Shown here: positions 1-10,052 of the stretch, piece by piece
Position numbering within the stretch: position 1 is the stretch's first letter
How the letters are laid out: each line of letters starts with the position of its first letter
Assembly: GCA_963721625.1 (NCBI GenBank)
Contig: CAVRKF010000012.1
Coordinates: 104,283-168,282 of the forward strand
Reading direction: 5' to 3'
Source: an uncultured Alphaproteobacteria bacterium
GTDB lineage: Bacteria; Pseudomonadota; Alphaproteobacteria; ATCC43930; CGMCC-115725
DNA length: 64,000 bases
The notes under the pieces: model-generated
The model's database searches: none
Told to the model about the DNA's origin: nothing
The model's input: the letters and a program-made list of their open reading frames with translations, nothing else
Program-made: the position numbers and the translations under genes

Positions 1-420
1 ATCGCGGTAACGCTCAAGGGCCCGTTCCTGATGGCGCAGCACGTGGCGCGGCGGATGATCGCCCAGGATACGCGCGGTCGGATCGTCAATATCGGCTCGA
101 CCTCGGGTCATCGCGGCCGCGGTCGCGCCATCGCCTATTCGGCGGCGAAGGGCGGCGTCGTCAATCTCACCCGGGCCATGGCGGTGCAGCTTGCGCCTCA
201 CGGCATCCGCGTGAATTCCGTCTCGCCCAACAAGACCGGGTCTCCGGTCGGCAGGGACACGTTCGACCCGAGCCGGCCCATCACCAATCTCGTCAACCGC
301 CCGGGACAGCCGATCGAGACGGCGCGCGCGGTTCTGTTCCTGGTCTCGGACGATTTCTCGTTCATTTTCGGCGACAACATCTTCGTCGACGGCGGCGTCA
401 TGGCGATGGAGGTGCCGTGA
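1..420 (+). CDS. short-chain dehydrogenase/reductase (SDR) family oxidoreductase, 3' part (5' end lies left of the window)
   Basis: The frame of ORF 31..420 stays open back to base 1. The translation has NIGS...YSAAK (the Ser / Tyr-x3-Lys pattern of classical SDRs) and a C-terminal FVDGG. Confidence 0.85.
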   Translation: MAVTLKGPFLMAQHVARRMIAQDTRGRIVNIGSTSGHRGRGRAIAYSAAKGGVVNLTRAMAVQLAPHGIRVNSVSPNKTGSPVGRDTFDPSRPITNLVNRPGQPIETARAVLFLVSDDFSFIFGDNIFVDGGVMAMEVP

Positions 421-1298
421 TCCCCATGCCGACGCGCATCGGGACCGCCGAGACGGGCGGCACGTTTTTCACCCAGGGGCTGGCGCTCGCGAGCGTTCTC
501 GACGGCGACACCACGCTCGCCCCGGTCGAGGTGCGGGAAACGCCGGGGGCGAGCGTCGGCAACGCCGAATTGCTCGAAGCGGGCACGATCGAGTTCGGCT
601 TCATGGCCGCCAACTGGGTGGCGCGCGCCATAGGCGGCGCGCCACCCTTCGGCCGCGCGATCCCGCTGCGCACGATCGCGCCGATGAATGTGGGGCCGCT
701 CTTCTTCATCGTCCGCGCCGATTGGGCGCGCGCGACCGTCGCCGATCTCGCTGCACGGCGCGTGATCGTCGGCCCGCGGAAAAGCGGCATGGCCGAGCAT
801 GCCGGGGTCATCCTCGACGCGCTCGGGATTGTCGACGCGGTGCCGGTCCATCTCGATTTCGCCGCCGGCGCCGCGGCGCTCGAGGCGGGCGAGGCCGATG
901 CGCAGCTCCAATGCCCGATTCCGAATCAAGTCATGACCGAACTGTGCCGCCGCACCGCCGTGCGCGTCCTGCCCTATGGTCCGGGACGGCTCGAACAGGT
1001 CCTTGCCGCCGTGCCCTCCTATCGCCGCTGCGTCATGCCGGGAGGGGCGATCCCCGGCCTGGCCGCCGATCTGCCGCAGGTCGGCGTCCTCAATGTTCTC
1101 GTCGCCCATGCGCGGCTGGGCGACGAGGCGGCTGCAGCGATGGCGCGAGGGATCGTCGCAAATGCGGCAGCGCTCGAACGGCTCAACCCATTGTTCCGCG
1201 GCCTCGACCAACTGTGCCGCACGTTCTGCGCCGGCGACACGGAACGACTTCATTCCGGCGCCTTCGGCGCCTATCGCGCGCTCGGACTGGCGCCGTGA
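417..1298 (+). CDS. TAXI/NMT1-like periplasmic-binding-fold protein (TRAP-associated solute-receptor family), with no recognisable signal peptide
   Basis: ORF 417..1298. The N-terminus RIGTAETGGTFFTQGLALA and PGASVGNAELLEAGTIEFGFMAANW resemble the TAXI solute-receptor signature. The GTG at 417 overlaps the SDR stop (GTGA); an alternative ATG lies at 426. Confidence 0.55.
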   Translation: MIPMPTRIGTAETGGTFFTQGLALASVLDGDTTLAPVEVRETPGASVGNAELLEAGTIEFGFMAANWVARAIGGAPPFGRAIPLRTIAPMNVGPLFFIVRADWARATVADLAARRVIVGPRKSGMAEHAGVILDALGIVDAVPVHLDFAAGAAALEAGEADAQLQCPIPNQVMTELCRRTAVRVLPYGPGRLEQVLAAVPSYRRCVMPGGAIPGLAADLPQVGVLNVLVAHARLGDEAAAAMARGIVANAAALERLNPLFRGLDQLCRTFCAGDTERLHSGAFGAYRALGLAP

Positions 1299-2002
1299 CG
1301 AACCCGCGCGGCCGGCGCGCGCGGCGGTGGCGCACCGGCATTGTCGCCGCCCTGCTGCTCGCCGGCGCCGGCTTTCGTCCGGCGATGGCGCAGACCGATG
1401 TCGATCTCGCCCTCGTGCTCGCCGTTGATGCGTCCGGTAGCGTCGACGAAACGCGCTTCGAGCTGCAGAAGCACGGCTATGCCGCCGCCTTTCGCAATCC
1501 GCGCGTGGTCGATGCGATCGCGGCCGGACCGCGGCGCCGCATCGCCGTCGCGATGGTGCAGTGGACGGGGCCGACCCTGCATGCGCTGACGGTCGATTGG
1601 ACGTTCGTGAACGATGCGGCCTCGGCGCGGGCCCTCGCCGACGCCATCGACGCGACGCCGCGCGAGCTTTTCGGCGGCGGCACGTCGCTGAGCGGCGCTA
1701 TCGACTTTTCGGTGGCCTTGCTGGCCCGCTGCCGCTGCCGCAGCCCGCGGCGCACCATCGACATTTCGGGCGACGGCGCGAACAACCGCGGCCGCCCGGC
1801 CGAGCTGGCCCGCAACGAGGCGGTGACGCAGGGCGTGGTGATCAACGGCCTGCCGATCCTTACCCTCGAGCCCGATCTCGACGCCTATTACCGCGCCAAT
1901 GTCATCGGCGGCCCGGGGTCGTTCCTGATCACCGTGCAAAGCGACGACGCGTTCGCGCGGGCGATCCTCGACAAGCTCGTCACCGAGATCGCCCGGCGCT
2001 GA
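1295..2002 (+). CDS. DUF1194 (vWA-like) domain protein, secreted
   Basis: This is the 3' part of ORF 722..2002. The GTG at 1295 overlaps the upstream stop (GTGA). A signal-like segment IVAALLLAGAGFRPAMAQ is followed by DLALVLAVDASGSVD...ISGDGANN...VINGLPI, typical of DUF1194. The 5' part of the ORF overlaps the TAXI gene and is Arg-rich nonsense. Confidence 0.75.
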   Translation: MTNPRGRRARRWRTGIVAALLLAGAGFRPAMAQTDVDLALVLAVDASGSVDETRFELQKHGYAAAFRNPRVVDAIAAGPRRRIAVAMVQWTGPTLHALTVDWTFVNDAASARALADAIDATPRELFGGGTSLSGAIDFSVALLARCRCRSPRRTIDISGDGANNRGRPAELARNEAVTQGVVINGLPILTLEPDLDAYYRANVIGGPGSFLITVQSDDAFARAILDKLVTEIARR

Positions 2003-2020
2003 CGCCGGCGGGACGGCGCG

Positions 2021-2461
2021 TCAGCCGACGGAACGCTTGGTCGCGTAGTCGCGAATTTCCTCGAGGCTCTCGGTCATGCGCCGGCTCAGCACGTTGAAGG
2101 CGTCGGTATTCGCCTTCGTGACCAGATCGGAAATGTCGCGGACGTTGGTCATTCCCTTTTCCATCGCCGATTTGGAAAACTCGGAATGCTTCGCCACCCG
2201 GTCCTCCATCGAACCGTTGGGCTGCAGGAAGCTCGCGAACATGGACGAGAATTCCTCCATCGTGCGGCGTGCCATCTCGAGCTGATAGCGCAGGACAGCC
2301 TGGGCGCCCTCGATGGCGAGCTGGTTGGCTTGCGTCACCGCCTCGATATTCTTGCGCTGCATGGCAACGATCGTTTCGAGATCGGCTGTCGGCGCCCGCA
2401 TCTCGCCGAACATCTTTCCGATGTCCATAAGCCATTCGGACCCGGCACCCGCATTGGCCAT
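2021..2461 (-). CDS. phasin family (PHA granule-associated) protein
   Basis: ORF 2021..2521, with the start trimmed to the ATG at 2461 (MANAGAGSEW...). It is a helical, Ala/Glu/Met-rich protein of about 146 aa, with ...ETIVAMQRKNIEAVTQANQLAIEGAQAVLRYQLEMARR typical of alphaproteobacterial phasins. Confidence 0.8.
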   Translation of the reverse strand: MANAGAGSEWLMDIGKMFGEMRAPTADLETIVAMQRKNIEAVTQANQLAIEGAQAVLRYQLEMARRTMEEFSSMFASFLQPNGSMEDRVAKHSEFSKSAMEKGMTNVRDISDLVTKANTDAFNVLSRRMTESLEEIRDYATKRSVG

Positions 2462-2552
2462 GACGTCCCTCCGACTATGTTGCCAGATTGCCACCATGCG
2501 CCCCGCCTTCCGCCCCGTCAAAAGATTTCTGCCGTCGGCCGCTCAAACCGGT

Positions 2553-4706
2553 TCAGGGCGGCGGCACCTGCAGCGGCGGCAGGGTCGACCGATCGAGCAG
2601 CGCGCGGAACTGCCGCATCACCTTGTCCGTGGCATCGGTCGCGTCCGCGTCATTGCCGAGGACATAGGGCGTCAGAAACAGGATCAGTTCGGTCCGCGTC
2701 GCGTTGTTGTTGCGGTTGCCGAAGAGCGCCCCGATCACCGGGATCTCGTTGAGGAGCGGGATGCCCGCGGAATCGCGGCTGTCCTGGTCCTCGATGAGGC
2801 CGCCGAGCAAGATCGAATGGCCGCTGTCGACGCTGACCGTGCTGGTGAGCCGGCGCTGCTGGAAGGTCGGGGAATTGAGGGTGGACGAGGTGGTCGGGAC
2901 CACGTCGATCACCGACTGGTTGATCTCCATGGTGACGACGCCGCCGGCGCTGACGCGCGGCGTGACCGAGAGCACGATACCCGTTTCCTTGTATTGCACG
3001 TTGCTTAAGACCAGCGGATTCGCGGTCAGCGTGCTCGCGGCGGACTGGGTGATGATCGGCACGACGTCGCCGACTTGGAGGCGCGCCGTCTGGTTGTCGA
3101 GCACCATCAGCCGCGGCGTCGAGATGACCTTGGTCTGGGTCAGTTCCGAAAGCGCTTGCAGCACCACGCGCGGCTGCAGATTGGCGGCGGTGAACGAGAG
3201 CGAGAAGCCGGGCGTGGCCGGGGTGATGGCGGCGGTGCTGGTGCCCGTGGTGAGCAGCGTCGAGATATTGCCGCCGGCGCTGCCGCGCGAATTGAGAAAA
3301 TATTGCACGCCGTATTGCAGGGAATTGTTGAGCGTGACCTCGGCCACGGTGACCTCGATCAGCACCTGCAGCGGCGCCGTGTCGATCCCTTCGAGCACGT
3401 CGCGGATCAGGCCGTAATCGCGCGGCGTCGCCGAGATCAGCAGCGCATTATGGGCGTCGTCGGCGACGATGCGCACGCTCGGCTCGGCACCCGGCTCCGG
3501 CTGCGTCGCGGACGGCCCCGGCGGCGCCACCGGCGCGGGGCTGCCGAGCAGTGGCGGCGGCGTCGGAAACCCGGGTGCCGGCGGCGGGATCGGGTTGACA
3601 TCCGTCCCCGCGCCGCCGATGCCCATCCCCGCGGGATTGGCGGTGGTCGGCCCCTGGACCTCGATATTGATGCCAGACAGCGCGCCCTGCAGCGTTTGCG
3701 CCACTTGCGCCGCCTTGCCGTATTGCAGGTAATAGACGTAAACGCGCCGCTCATTCACGTTGCGGGTGCGATCGAGCCGCGCGACCCAGGCGCGCGCCTC
3801 GTCGAGATAATGCGGCTCGCGCGTCAGCACCATCACCGCATTGAGGCGTTCGACCGGCAGGAAGCGGATCACGTTGAGCGCCGCCTCCTTGCGCGTCGCA
3901 TCGAAAATGTTGTTGAGTTCGACGACGACGGTCGCGGCCTGGGCGTTCTGCAGCGGCAACAGCCCCACCGACAGGCCCCGCATCTGGTCGACATCGAAGA
4001 TCCGCACCGCGTCCTCGGCGAGACCAAGTTCTTCGGACGTGCCCTTCACCATGACGAGGCGCCGCGTTTCGTCGGCGAGAATGACCGCGCCCGGCGGCAG
4101 CAGCTTGTCGAGCACGTCGCGGATATCGGCAACGGTGACGTAGCGAACGGGAAACAGCTCGATTCGCTCCCCGACCGCGCCCGGCTGGGGCGACCCGATC
4201 GGCAGCGCCGCCGGCGGCTGGCCCTTGGTCCGCGCCATCATCACGCGGATGATGCCGTCCTGCTGCACCAGGGTCACGCCGCGGCTCGCGAGGATCGCCT
4301 CGAACGCCGGCAGAACCTCGTCGCGCCGCAGCGGCCGCGCAACCTTGAACGTGACCGGGCCGGCTACGTCGGGATCGATCACGTAATTGAGCTTGAGCGT
4401 CTCGCCCAGCACCGCGGCGATGACGGCGCGGATGTCGGCGCCCGAAAAATTCAGAGTCACGTCGGCCGGCGTCGTGCCGGCGGCAGCGGTTGCGCGCGGC
4501 GCCAGCACCGGCGCCTCGGGGCTCGCGCCGCGCACGATGACCGGTGCTGCCGCTTTGCTTTCGCGGCTCGCCGGCGACGGCAGCACGGCGAGCGGACGGC
4601 TCTCGCTCATGGGAGCGGCCAGCGGCGCAGCGAGCGGCGCGGCCGGCGCCGCGGCACTCGCCGGCGACAGCGGTGCCGGCGTCACACCGCACGCCGTCAG
4701 CATCAT
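2553..4706 (-). CDS. gspD: type II secretion system secretin GspD
   Basis: ORF 2553..5069 is intact. The N0/N1 region reads NFSGADIRAVIAAVLGETLKLNYVIDP...VTFKV, and the secretin core reads ...VISTPRLMVLDNQTARLQVGDVVPI...GIPLLNEIPVIGALFG. The start is uncertain. I use the ATG pair at 4706 (MMLTACG, lipoprotein-like), but a non-ATG start further upstream is possible. Confidence 0.9.
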   Translation of the reverse strand: MMLTACGVTPAPLSPASAAAPAAPLAAPLAAPMSESRPLAVLPSPASRESKAAAPVIVRGASPEAPVLAPRATAAAGTTPADVTLNFSGADIRAVIAAVLGETLKLNYVIDPDVAGPVTFKVARPLRRDEVLPAFEAILASRGVTLVQQDGIIRVMMARTKGQPPAALPIGSPQPGAVGERIELFPVRYVTVADIRDVLDKLLPPGAVILADETRRLVMVKGTSEELGLAEDAVRIFDVDQMRGLSVGLLPLQNAQAATVVVELNNIFDATRKEAALNVIRFLPVERLNAVMVLTREPHYLDEARAWVARLDRTRNVNERRVYVYYLQYGKAAQVAQTLQGALSGINIEVQGPTTANPAGMGIGGAGTDVNPIPPPAPGFPTPPPLLGSPAPVAPPGPSATQPEPGAEPSVRIVADDAHNALLISATPRDYGLIRDVLEGIDTAPLQVLIEVTVAEVTLNNSLQYGVQYFLNSRGSAGGNISTLLTTGTSTAAITPATPGFSLSFTAANLQPRVVLQALSELTQTKVISTPRLMVLDNQTARLQVGDVVPIITQSAASTLTANPLVLSNVQYKETGIVLSVTPRVSAGGVVTMEINQSVIDVVPTTSSTLNSPTFQQRRLTSTVSVDSGHSILLGGLIEDQDSRDSAGIPLLNEIPVIGALFGNRNNNATRTELILFLTPYVLGNDADATDATDKVMRQFRALLDRSTLPPLQVPPP

Positions 4707-4942
4707 TGCGATGAGGACGAAAAGCGCGGTCGGAGCGCGGCGCCGCGATGACGCCCGTCGCGGGAGCGGAAGAAGACAAACGATTGTGAAATCCCCCGCG
4801 CTTGCTGGACACAAGCGATACTTGTCCCTACGATGCACCCGCTGCGGAAAGGATGTCAACGGCGGCAGGAGCGGAAGTTCGCCTCCCTGCGCCGTGCGGC
4901 CACCGCGATGACGAGACGCGCGCCCTGACCGACCACTCGCCA

Positions 4943-6040
4943 ATGCTGGTGCTATATTTCCTCGCGATCCTGTCCGGTGCCGGCCTTGCCTTCGCTTGGC
5001 ATCTCGTGACGCCGCCGGTGCTGGCGCGAGTTGCCGCTCTGGCGCGGCCGCATCGCCACCGCCTGTCATTCGGATGGCTCAAGGCGGCCCTGGTCTCGCG
5101 GCCGGGAATCGCCATTCTGCTGCTCCTGCCCTTCGCCGGTGTCGCGACGGCTTTTTATTGGCGTGGCGGCGCGCTCGATAGCGGCGCGCACAACGCGCTG
5201 CTCGAACGTGCGCGCGAGGAGGCGCCGCACGATCTCAATGCCGCAGTCGCCGAGCTCAAGGCGCGACTGGCCAAGGAGCCCAACGACAGCGACGGCTGGC
5301 GCCTCTTATCGCGCTCTTACACCCTGCTCGGCGAGCCGCAAAAAGCCGCCGAAGCGGCGCAGCGCGCGGCCGCGCTCGGCGCCAAAAGCGGCAATGCGGA
5401 TGCGCAGTCCGCCGCGGGCGAGGATCTCGTGACCGCCAATGGCGACAAAGTCGTGCCCGAGGCCCGGCGCCTGTTCGAGGCGGCGCTCGCCGCCGATCCC
5501 AACGATCCGCGCGCCCGGTTCTATATGGGCCTCGCCGCGGCGCAGGACGGCCATGGCGACGCGGCGCTGCAACGCTGGCTCGCGCTCGAGGCCGATTCGC
5601 CCGCGGATGCACCGTGGCTCGGCGGTCTGCGCACGAATATCGACCGGCTGGCCAAGCAGATGGGCGTCGGCGCCGCCGACCTCGCCCAGCGCCGCGCCGC
5701 GCTCGCCAAGGCGGAACCGTCGTCGCCGGCCGCAGCACCCGCGCCGGCCGCCGAAGCGGTTCCGGGTCCGAGCGCCGGCGATGTCGCCGCGGCGGCGCAG
5801 ATGTCGCCCGACGACCGCGCGGCGATGATCAAGGCGATGGTGCAGCGCCTTGCCGACCGGCTCGCGCACGAACCGGGCGACGTCGACGGCTGGATGCGCC
5901 TGGGGCGCGCCTACGCGGTGCTCGGCGAACCGCAGAAATCGCTCGACGCCTATCGTCATGCGGCCGAGGCCGATCCCAAGCGCGCGGATGCGCGCGCTGC
6001 TTATGCCAACGCGCGCAATGCCGCCGGCGCGACTCCGTGA
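4943..6040 (+). CDS. ccmI: cytochrome c-type biogenesis protein CcmI/CycH (TPR)
   Basis: ORF 4802..6040, with the start set at the ATG at 4943 (MLVLYFLAILSGAGLAFAW, a TM segment). A second TM follows, then TPR-like repeats (GWRLLSRSYTLLGEPQKAAEA...; GWMRLGRAYAVLGEPQKSLDAY), which is the CycH architecture. Confidence 0.8.
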   Translation: MLVLYFLAILSGAGLAFAWHLVTPPVLARVAALARPHRHRLSFGWLKAALVSRPGIAILLLLPFAGVATAFYWRGGALDSGAHNALLERAREEAPHDLNAAVAELKARLAKEPNDSDGWRLLSRSYTLLGEPQKAAEAAQRAAALGAKSGNADAQSAAGEDLVTANGDKVVPEARRLFEAALAADPNDPRARFYMGLAAAQDGHGDAALQRWLALEADSPADAPWLGGLRTNIDRLAKQMGVGAADLAQRRAALAKAEPSSPAAAPAPAAEAVPGPSAGDVAAAAQMSPDDRAAMIKAMVQRLADRLAHEPGDVDGWMRLGRAYAVLGEPQKSLDAYRHAAEADPKRADARAAYANARNAAGATP

Positions 6041-6053
6041 GGGAGCAACCACC

Positions 6054-6508
6054 ATGAGCCGCCCTATTGCCCGCGCGATTGCCGTTTCCGCCGCGCTTGC
6101 CGTCGCCGCTGGCGCCACCGCCACGCCCGGGCGCAGGAGACGGCGCCGCCCACTGCCAGCCGGCTCGCCGGCAATACTTTGAGCGGGGTCCTCTATCTTC
6201 CCCGCGAAGGGGCCAAGGGCGAGACGCTCGACCGCGTCGTGTTCCAAGCCTTCCTGCGCGCCGACGGCACGGCGCTGATACGGCGCTGGGTGCCCGCGCA
6301 GGACCGTTACGCGCCGCCCGCCGAGCGGCACTGGAGCCTCTCGGGCAGCACGCTGTGCCTCGATTTCCCGTCCGACGAGAACGTGCCCCACCTGTGCATC
6401 GAGGCGCATGTTTGGGGCCCACGCATCGCCGGCAACACCACGCAGGGACAGTTTGCCATGCTCGACGGCAGCATCGAGCCCGGCAACACGATCGTCGCCG
6501 CGCGTTGA
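6054..6508 (+). pseudogene. small secreted hypothetical protein, reading frame broken once
   Basis: The signal peptide MSRPIARAIAVSAALAVAAGATA (ATG at 6054) is in the frame of ORF 5850..6182. The body (ORF 6179..6508 and its upstream extension RAQETAPPTASRLAGNTL) is in another frame. The junction lies in cgcccgggcg at about 6124..6133. Confidence 0.5.
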
Positions 6509-6600
6509 CAGCTTCAAGTCACGCCGGACTTTCCTTTGGCGCGGAACCCGCCTAAGGTTGGGCTTGGGAGTGCGCGCGCGTTCGAGCCAAGGAGGGCGAT

Positions 6601-7342
6601 TTGAAGGTCGAAGATGTGGTGCGCCAGGCATTCGCCATGCCGCTGACGAGCCCTTCGTTCCCGCCGGGCCCGTATCGCTTCGTCAACCGCGAATACCTCA
6701 TCATCACCTACCGCACCGATCCCAAGGCGCTCGATGCCGTCGTGCCCGAGCCGCTCAAGATCGCGGCGCCGCACGTCAAATACGAATTCATCCGCATGCC
6801 GGATTCATCGGGCTTCGGCGACTACACCGAGTTCGGGACAAGTGATCCCGGTCACCTACGAGGGCAAGTCCGGCGGCTACGTCCATTCGATGTTTCTCGA
6901 CGACGAGGCGCCGATCGCCGCCGGCCGCGAGATCTGGGGCTTTCCCAAGAAGCTCGCCAATGTCTCGTTCAAGGTCGAGACCGACACGCTGCTCGGCACG
7001 CTCGATTACGGCCGCATCCGCATCGCCACCGGCACGATGGGCTACAAGTACAAGGCACTCGACACCGCCGCCATCGCCAAGGCGATGGTCGAGCCGAGTT
7101 TTCTGCTGAAGATCGTGCCCCATGTCGATTGCACGCCGCGCATCTGCGAGCTGGTGCGGTATTATCTCGAAGACGTGACCGTCAAGGGCGCGTGGACCGG
7201 ACCTGCCGGGCTCGAGCTCGCGCGCCACGCGTTGGCGCCGCTCGCGGAGCTGCCGGTGCTGGAAGTGGTCTCGGCCGTGCATTTCCTCGCCGATCTCACC
7301 CTGGGCCTCGGCGAAGTCGTGCACGACTACATGAAGGAATAG
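6601..7342 (+). pseudogene. adc: acetoacetate decarboxylase, one frame break
   Basis: ORF 6601..7425 gives [44 protein letters not shown]... up to about 6835. ORF 6734..7342 continues with [38 protein letters not shown]...HDYMKE. The start is a TTG at 6601 preceded by aaggaggg. The junction is in gttcgggacaagtg (6831..6844). Confidence 0.85.
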
Positions 7343-7357
7343 CGCGCGGGTTGCGCG

Positions 7358-9313
7358 TCACTTGTCGTGCATCACCATTTCGACGCCGATATTGCTCTCG
7401 CGCAGCCGCTCGAGGTGAAGGGTGACGCATTTGTCGCCGGGATTCTCCCGATGCAGTTCCTCGAATAGATCGACCGCCCTGGGATCGCGCTGCTCCGCCA
7501 GCGCGTAGGCCTCGAGATAGCGCTTGATGTAGGGCGAAGCGGCGCGTTCCTCCTCGAGCGGCTCATAGATGCCCAGCGGCTCCTCCCGGCCCTTGGGCAC
7601 GACGACCGCGATCGGACGGAACGGGATGCCGGTGACGCTCGCGCAGGTCGATTCGCTGATGCAGATACGCGTGCCAAAATATTTGTTGATGCCTTCGAGC
7701 CGCGAGGCGGTATTCACGGTATCGCCGATTGCGGTGTATTGCATGCGGGTGTGCGAGCCGAAATTGCCGACCACGGCGTGGCCGGAATGGACGCCGATGC
7801 GCGTCATGCCAAGCGGAATTCCCTTGGCGCGCTGCTCGGCGCGGAAGGCTTCCGAGAATCGGTCGATCGCGAGCGCGCACGTCACGGCGCGAGTGGCGTG
7901 ATCGGACTGGTCGGCGGGCGCGTTGAAGATGGCGAACACGGCGTCGCCGATGAACTTGTCCACGGTTCCGTTGAGGCCGAGAATGACGGCGCAGACGCCG
8001 TCGAGATAGGCGTTGAGCATCTCCGCCACGTCGCGGGCCTCCATCTTCTCCGACAGCGAGGTGAAGCCTTCGATATCGGTGAAGAGAAAGGTCATCGCGC
8101 GGCCCTCGCCCTCGAGCCTCAGGCGCTTGGGGTCCTTCACCAGCTGGGCGACCACCACGGGCGACAGGTAGCGTGCGAAGGCCGTCTGGATGAAGGCGCG
8201 CTGACGGCGCTCCTGGCGCCCGGTGAGGAGATCGGTCGCCCATTGCGACATCGCGCTGGCGATGGTGGGGCTGATGAGGACGATGGACAAGCCGGTGAAG
8301 CGGAACAGCGCGAAGCCCGAGACCCACAGCAGCGTCGGCGCCAGCACCGAGAGCCCGACCCGCGGCCCGAGCGCGAGCTTGGCCGCGCCGGTCGCCGCGC
8401 CGATGCAAGCCATCACCAGGACGAGCGCCACTTCGGCACCGAGGCCCGGATCGCGGGACGGCGCACGATGGAGCAGCTGCGACACCGCGTTGGCATGGAT
8501 TTCGATGCCCGGCAGGCTGCCCTCGTTGCCGCCATAGACCGAGGCGAAGGGCGTGCGATGGCGATCGGTGAGGCTCACGATCTCGCCGATCAGGACGATC
8601 TTGTCCTTGAACCACGCCGCCGGAAGGATCGGCACGAGCTCGGCGGGGAAGATGCGGAACGGCGCGGTGGCGGCATCGGGCCGGCCGTGCCAGACCATCT
8701 CGCGCTGAACCGGCGGCGTGGCGACGCCGGCCATCTGCAACAGACCGCGGGCGAAACCAGCCAACTCGCTGCCGTCGCGCTCCTTGACGTCCGGCAGGAT
8801 CCAGCGCGCGGTGCCGAAGGCGTCCGACGCGATCTCGGCGGCGACGCGGCGGCCGGGCGGCACGAACGCATCGAGATAGGCGAGCTGCTTGGCATCGACG
8901 ATCTCGGGATTGCTGGTATAGCTCACCGCGAGCGGAACCTTGAGATCGGCGATCGTCTGCTTGAGCGCCGCGTCCTTCGCCTGCTCCGTCGGCTGGTCGA
9001 ACAGGATGTCCATGCCGATCGCGCGCGGCTGGCGCGCGGCCAGCGTCTGCAGGAGATTGCTGAGAAACTCGCGATCGACCGGCGAGCGGTAGGGAAATTT
9101 TTGAAGCGTGCTCTCTTCGACGGCCGCGATGACGATGTCGGGGTCCTGGGGCTCCGGCGGCAGCAGGGTGGCGATACGCAGATCGCCGACGAAGCGCTCG
9201 GCCTGGGTGAGAAACGCGATGTTGTGCACCATCACGACCGCCGCCAGCGTGGACAGCAGCGCCACCGTGATCTGGACCAGCACCTCCTTCGACAGGAATT
9301 GGGGCCGTCTCAT
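7358..9313 (-). CDS. CHASE2 sensor domain-containing class III adenylate/guanylate cyclase
   Basis: Intact 651-aa ORF. It has an N-terminal TM and a periplasmic CHASE2-like region ([18 protein letters not shown]...[11 protein letters not shown]...DKIVLIGE...[14 protein letters not shown]). Three TM segments follow, then the cyclase core ([43 protein letters not shown]). Confidence 0.9.
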   Translation of the reverse strand: MRRPQFLSKEVLVQITVALLSTLAAVVMVHNIAFLTQAERFVGDLRIATLLPPEPQDPDIVIAAVEESTLQKFPYRSPVDREFLSNLLQTLAARQPRAIGMDILFDQPTEQAKDAALKQTIADLKVPLAVSYTSNPEIVDAKQLAYLDAFVPPGRRVAAEIASDAFGTARWILPDVKERDGSELAGFARGLLQMAGVATPPVQREMVWHGRPDAATAPFRIFPAELVPILPAAWFKDKIVLIGEIVSLTDRHRTPFASVYGGNEGSLPGIEIHANAVSQLLHRAPSRDPGLGAEVALVLVMACIGAATGAAKLALGPRVGLSVLAPTLLWVSGFALFRFTGLSIVLISPTIASAMSQWATDLLTGRQERRQRAFIQTAFARYLSPVVVAQLVKDPKRLRLEGEGRAMTFLFTDIEGFTSLSEKMEARDVAEMLNAYLDGVCAVILGLNGTVDKFIGDAVFAIFNAPADQSDHATRAVTCALAIDRFSEAFRAEQRAKGIPLGMTRIGVHSGHAVVGNFGSHTRMQYTAIGDTVNTASRLEGINKYFGTRICISESTCASVTGIPFRPIAVVVPKGREEPLGIYEPLEEERAASPYIKRYLEAYALAEQRDPRAVDLFEELHRENPGDKCVTLHLERLRESNIGVEMVMHDK

Positions 9314-9338
9314 CGCGATCCGCCGGCGCGCCGGAAGC

Positions 9339-10052
9339 CTATTTCTTGCTGAGCATGGCGAGGAGCGCGTTCGCCTGGTTGTCGCAGCCGACCTGGCTCA
9401 TCCAGCTCGCGCGCATGACGTCGTTGCCGACCGCCGCGGGGATGATGCGAACTGTCACCGGCGCCATCTTGCCGCCGACATTGATGATATAGCTGGTCTG
9501 ATCGCGCAGCGGCAGCGTCGCGGGCATCGACAGCTCGGCAGCGCCGGCCGGCCACCGCCCCGACACCGCCCAGCTTTGGTCGGCGGGCGCAATCGAGACC
9601 GCGGTGTCGCTGAAATCCCCGCTGCGCCACAGCACCACCGGTACGCCGAGCTGCACGCAGCTCGTCCCCGGATGCGTGACGTCGACGACCCAGGGGTTCG
9701 GCAGAATCACGTCCTTTTCGCCGCGCACCACGCCAACCTCGCTGGTGCGGGCCTTGCGCTCGGTGAGCAACGCCGCAACCGCGGTCGCGACATCGGTCGT
9801 GCCGCCGCCCGCGCGACTATCGGGTACCGCGTTCGACGGGCCTTCGAGCGTGATGAGCTGTCCGCTCGAGGACATCAGCGTGACCTCTTGACCGTCATGC
9901 AGCGAGAATGGCTTGGATCCGTCAATCTGCTGCCCCGGCGTAAGGCGAATCCCGTGCGAATTGACGACCACCAGTTGCGCGGCAGCGGCGGTCTCGGCCG
10001 CCAGCGCCGACAACCCAAGCGACAATCCCGCGAGCACGATCCAACACTTCAT
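9339..10052 (-). CDS. secreted hypothetical protein (possibly FecR- or DUF928-like accessory component)
   Basis: This is the C-terminal 237 aa of ORF 9339..10784, starting at the ATG at 10052 (MKCWIVLAGLSLGLSALAAETAAAAQ, a clear signal peptide). The ATG overlaps the stop of the CHAT gene by 4 nt (ATGA). Confidence 0.7.
   Translation of the reverse strand: MKCWIVLAGLSLGLSALAAETAAAAQLVVVNSHGIRLTPGQQIDGSKPFSLHDGQEVTLMSSSGQLITLEGPSNAVPDSRAGGGTTDVATAVAALLTERKARTSEVGVVRGEKDVILPNPWVVDVTHPGTSCVQLGVPVVLWRSGDFSDTAVSIAPADQSWAVSGRWPAGAAELSMPATLPLRDQTSYIINVGGKMAPVTVRIIPAAVGNDVMRASWMSQVGCDNQANALLAMLSKK

Noticed and set aside
722-1294. The 5' 190 codons of ORF 722..2002.
   Set aside because: They overlap the TAXI-like gene in another frame and translate to Arg-rich nonsense. 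The DUF1194 signature and a signal-like segment start only after the GTG at 1295.
1998-2025. An inverted repeat gctgacgc...gcgtcagc between the convergent DUF1194 and phasin genes, considered as a bidirectional terminator.
   Set aside because: The stem is only 8 bp with a 12-nt loop and has no U-tract on either side. Both arms are largely formed by the two stop-codon contexts. This is too weak to annotate as a feature.
3075-4751. Long ORFs antisense to well-supported genes. Examples: 198..1253 (-), 3075..4751 (+), 7739..9352 (+), 10133..12343 (+), 12975..15077 (+), 41289..42899 (+), 44049..45776 (-), 53770..55044 (+), 58878..60461 (-).
   Set aside because: These are typical high-GC shadow ORFs. 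Their translations are Arg/Ala/Gly/Pro-rich low-complexity strings with no recognisable motifs. Each lies opposite a gene with clear family signatures.
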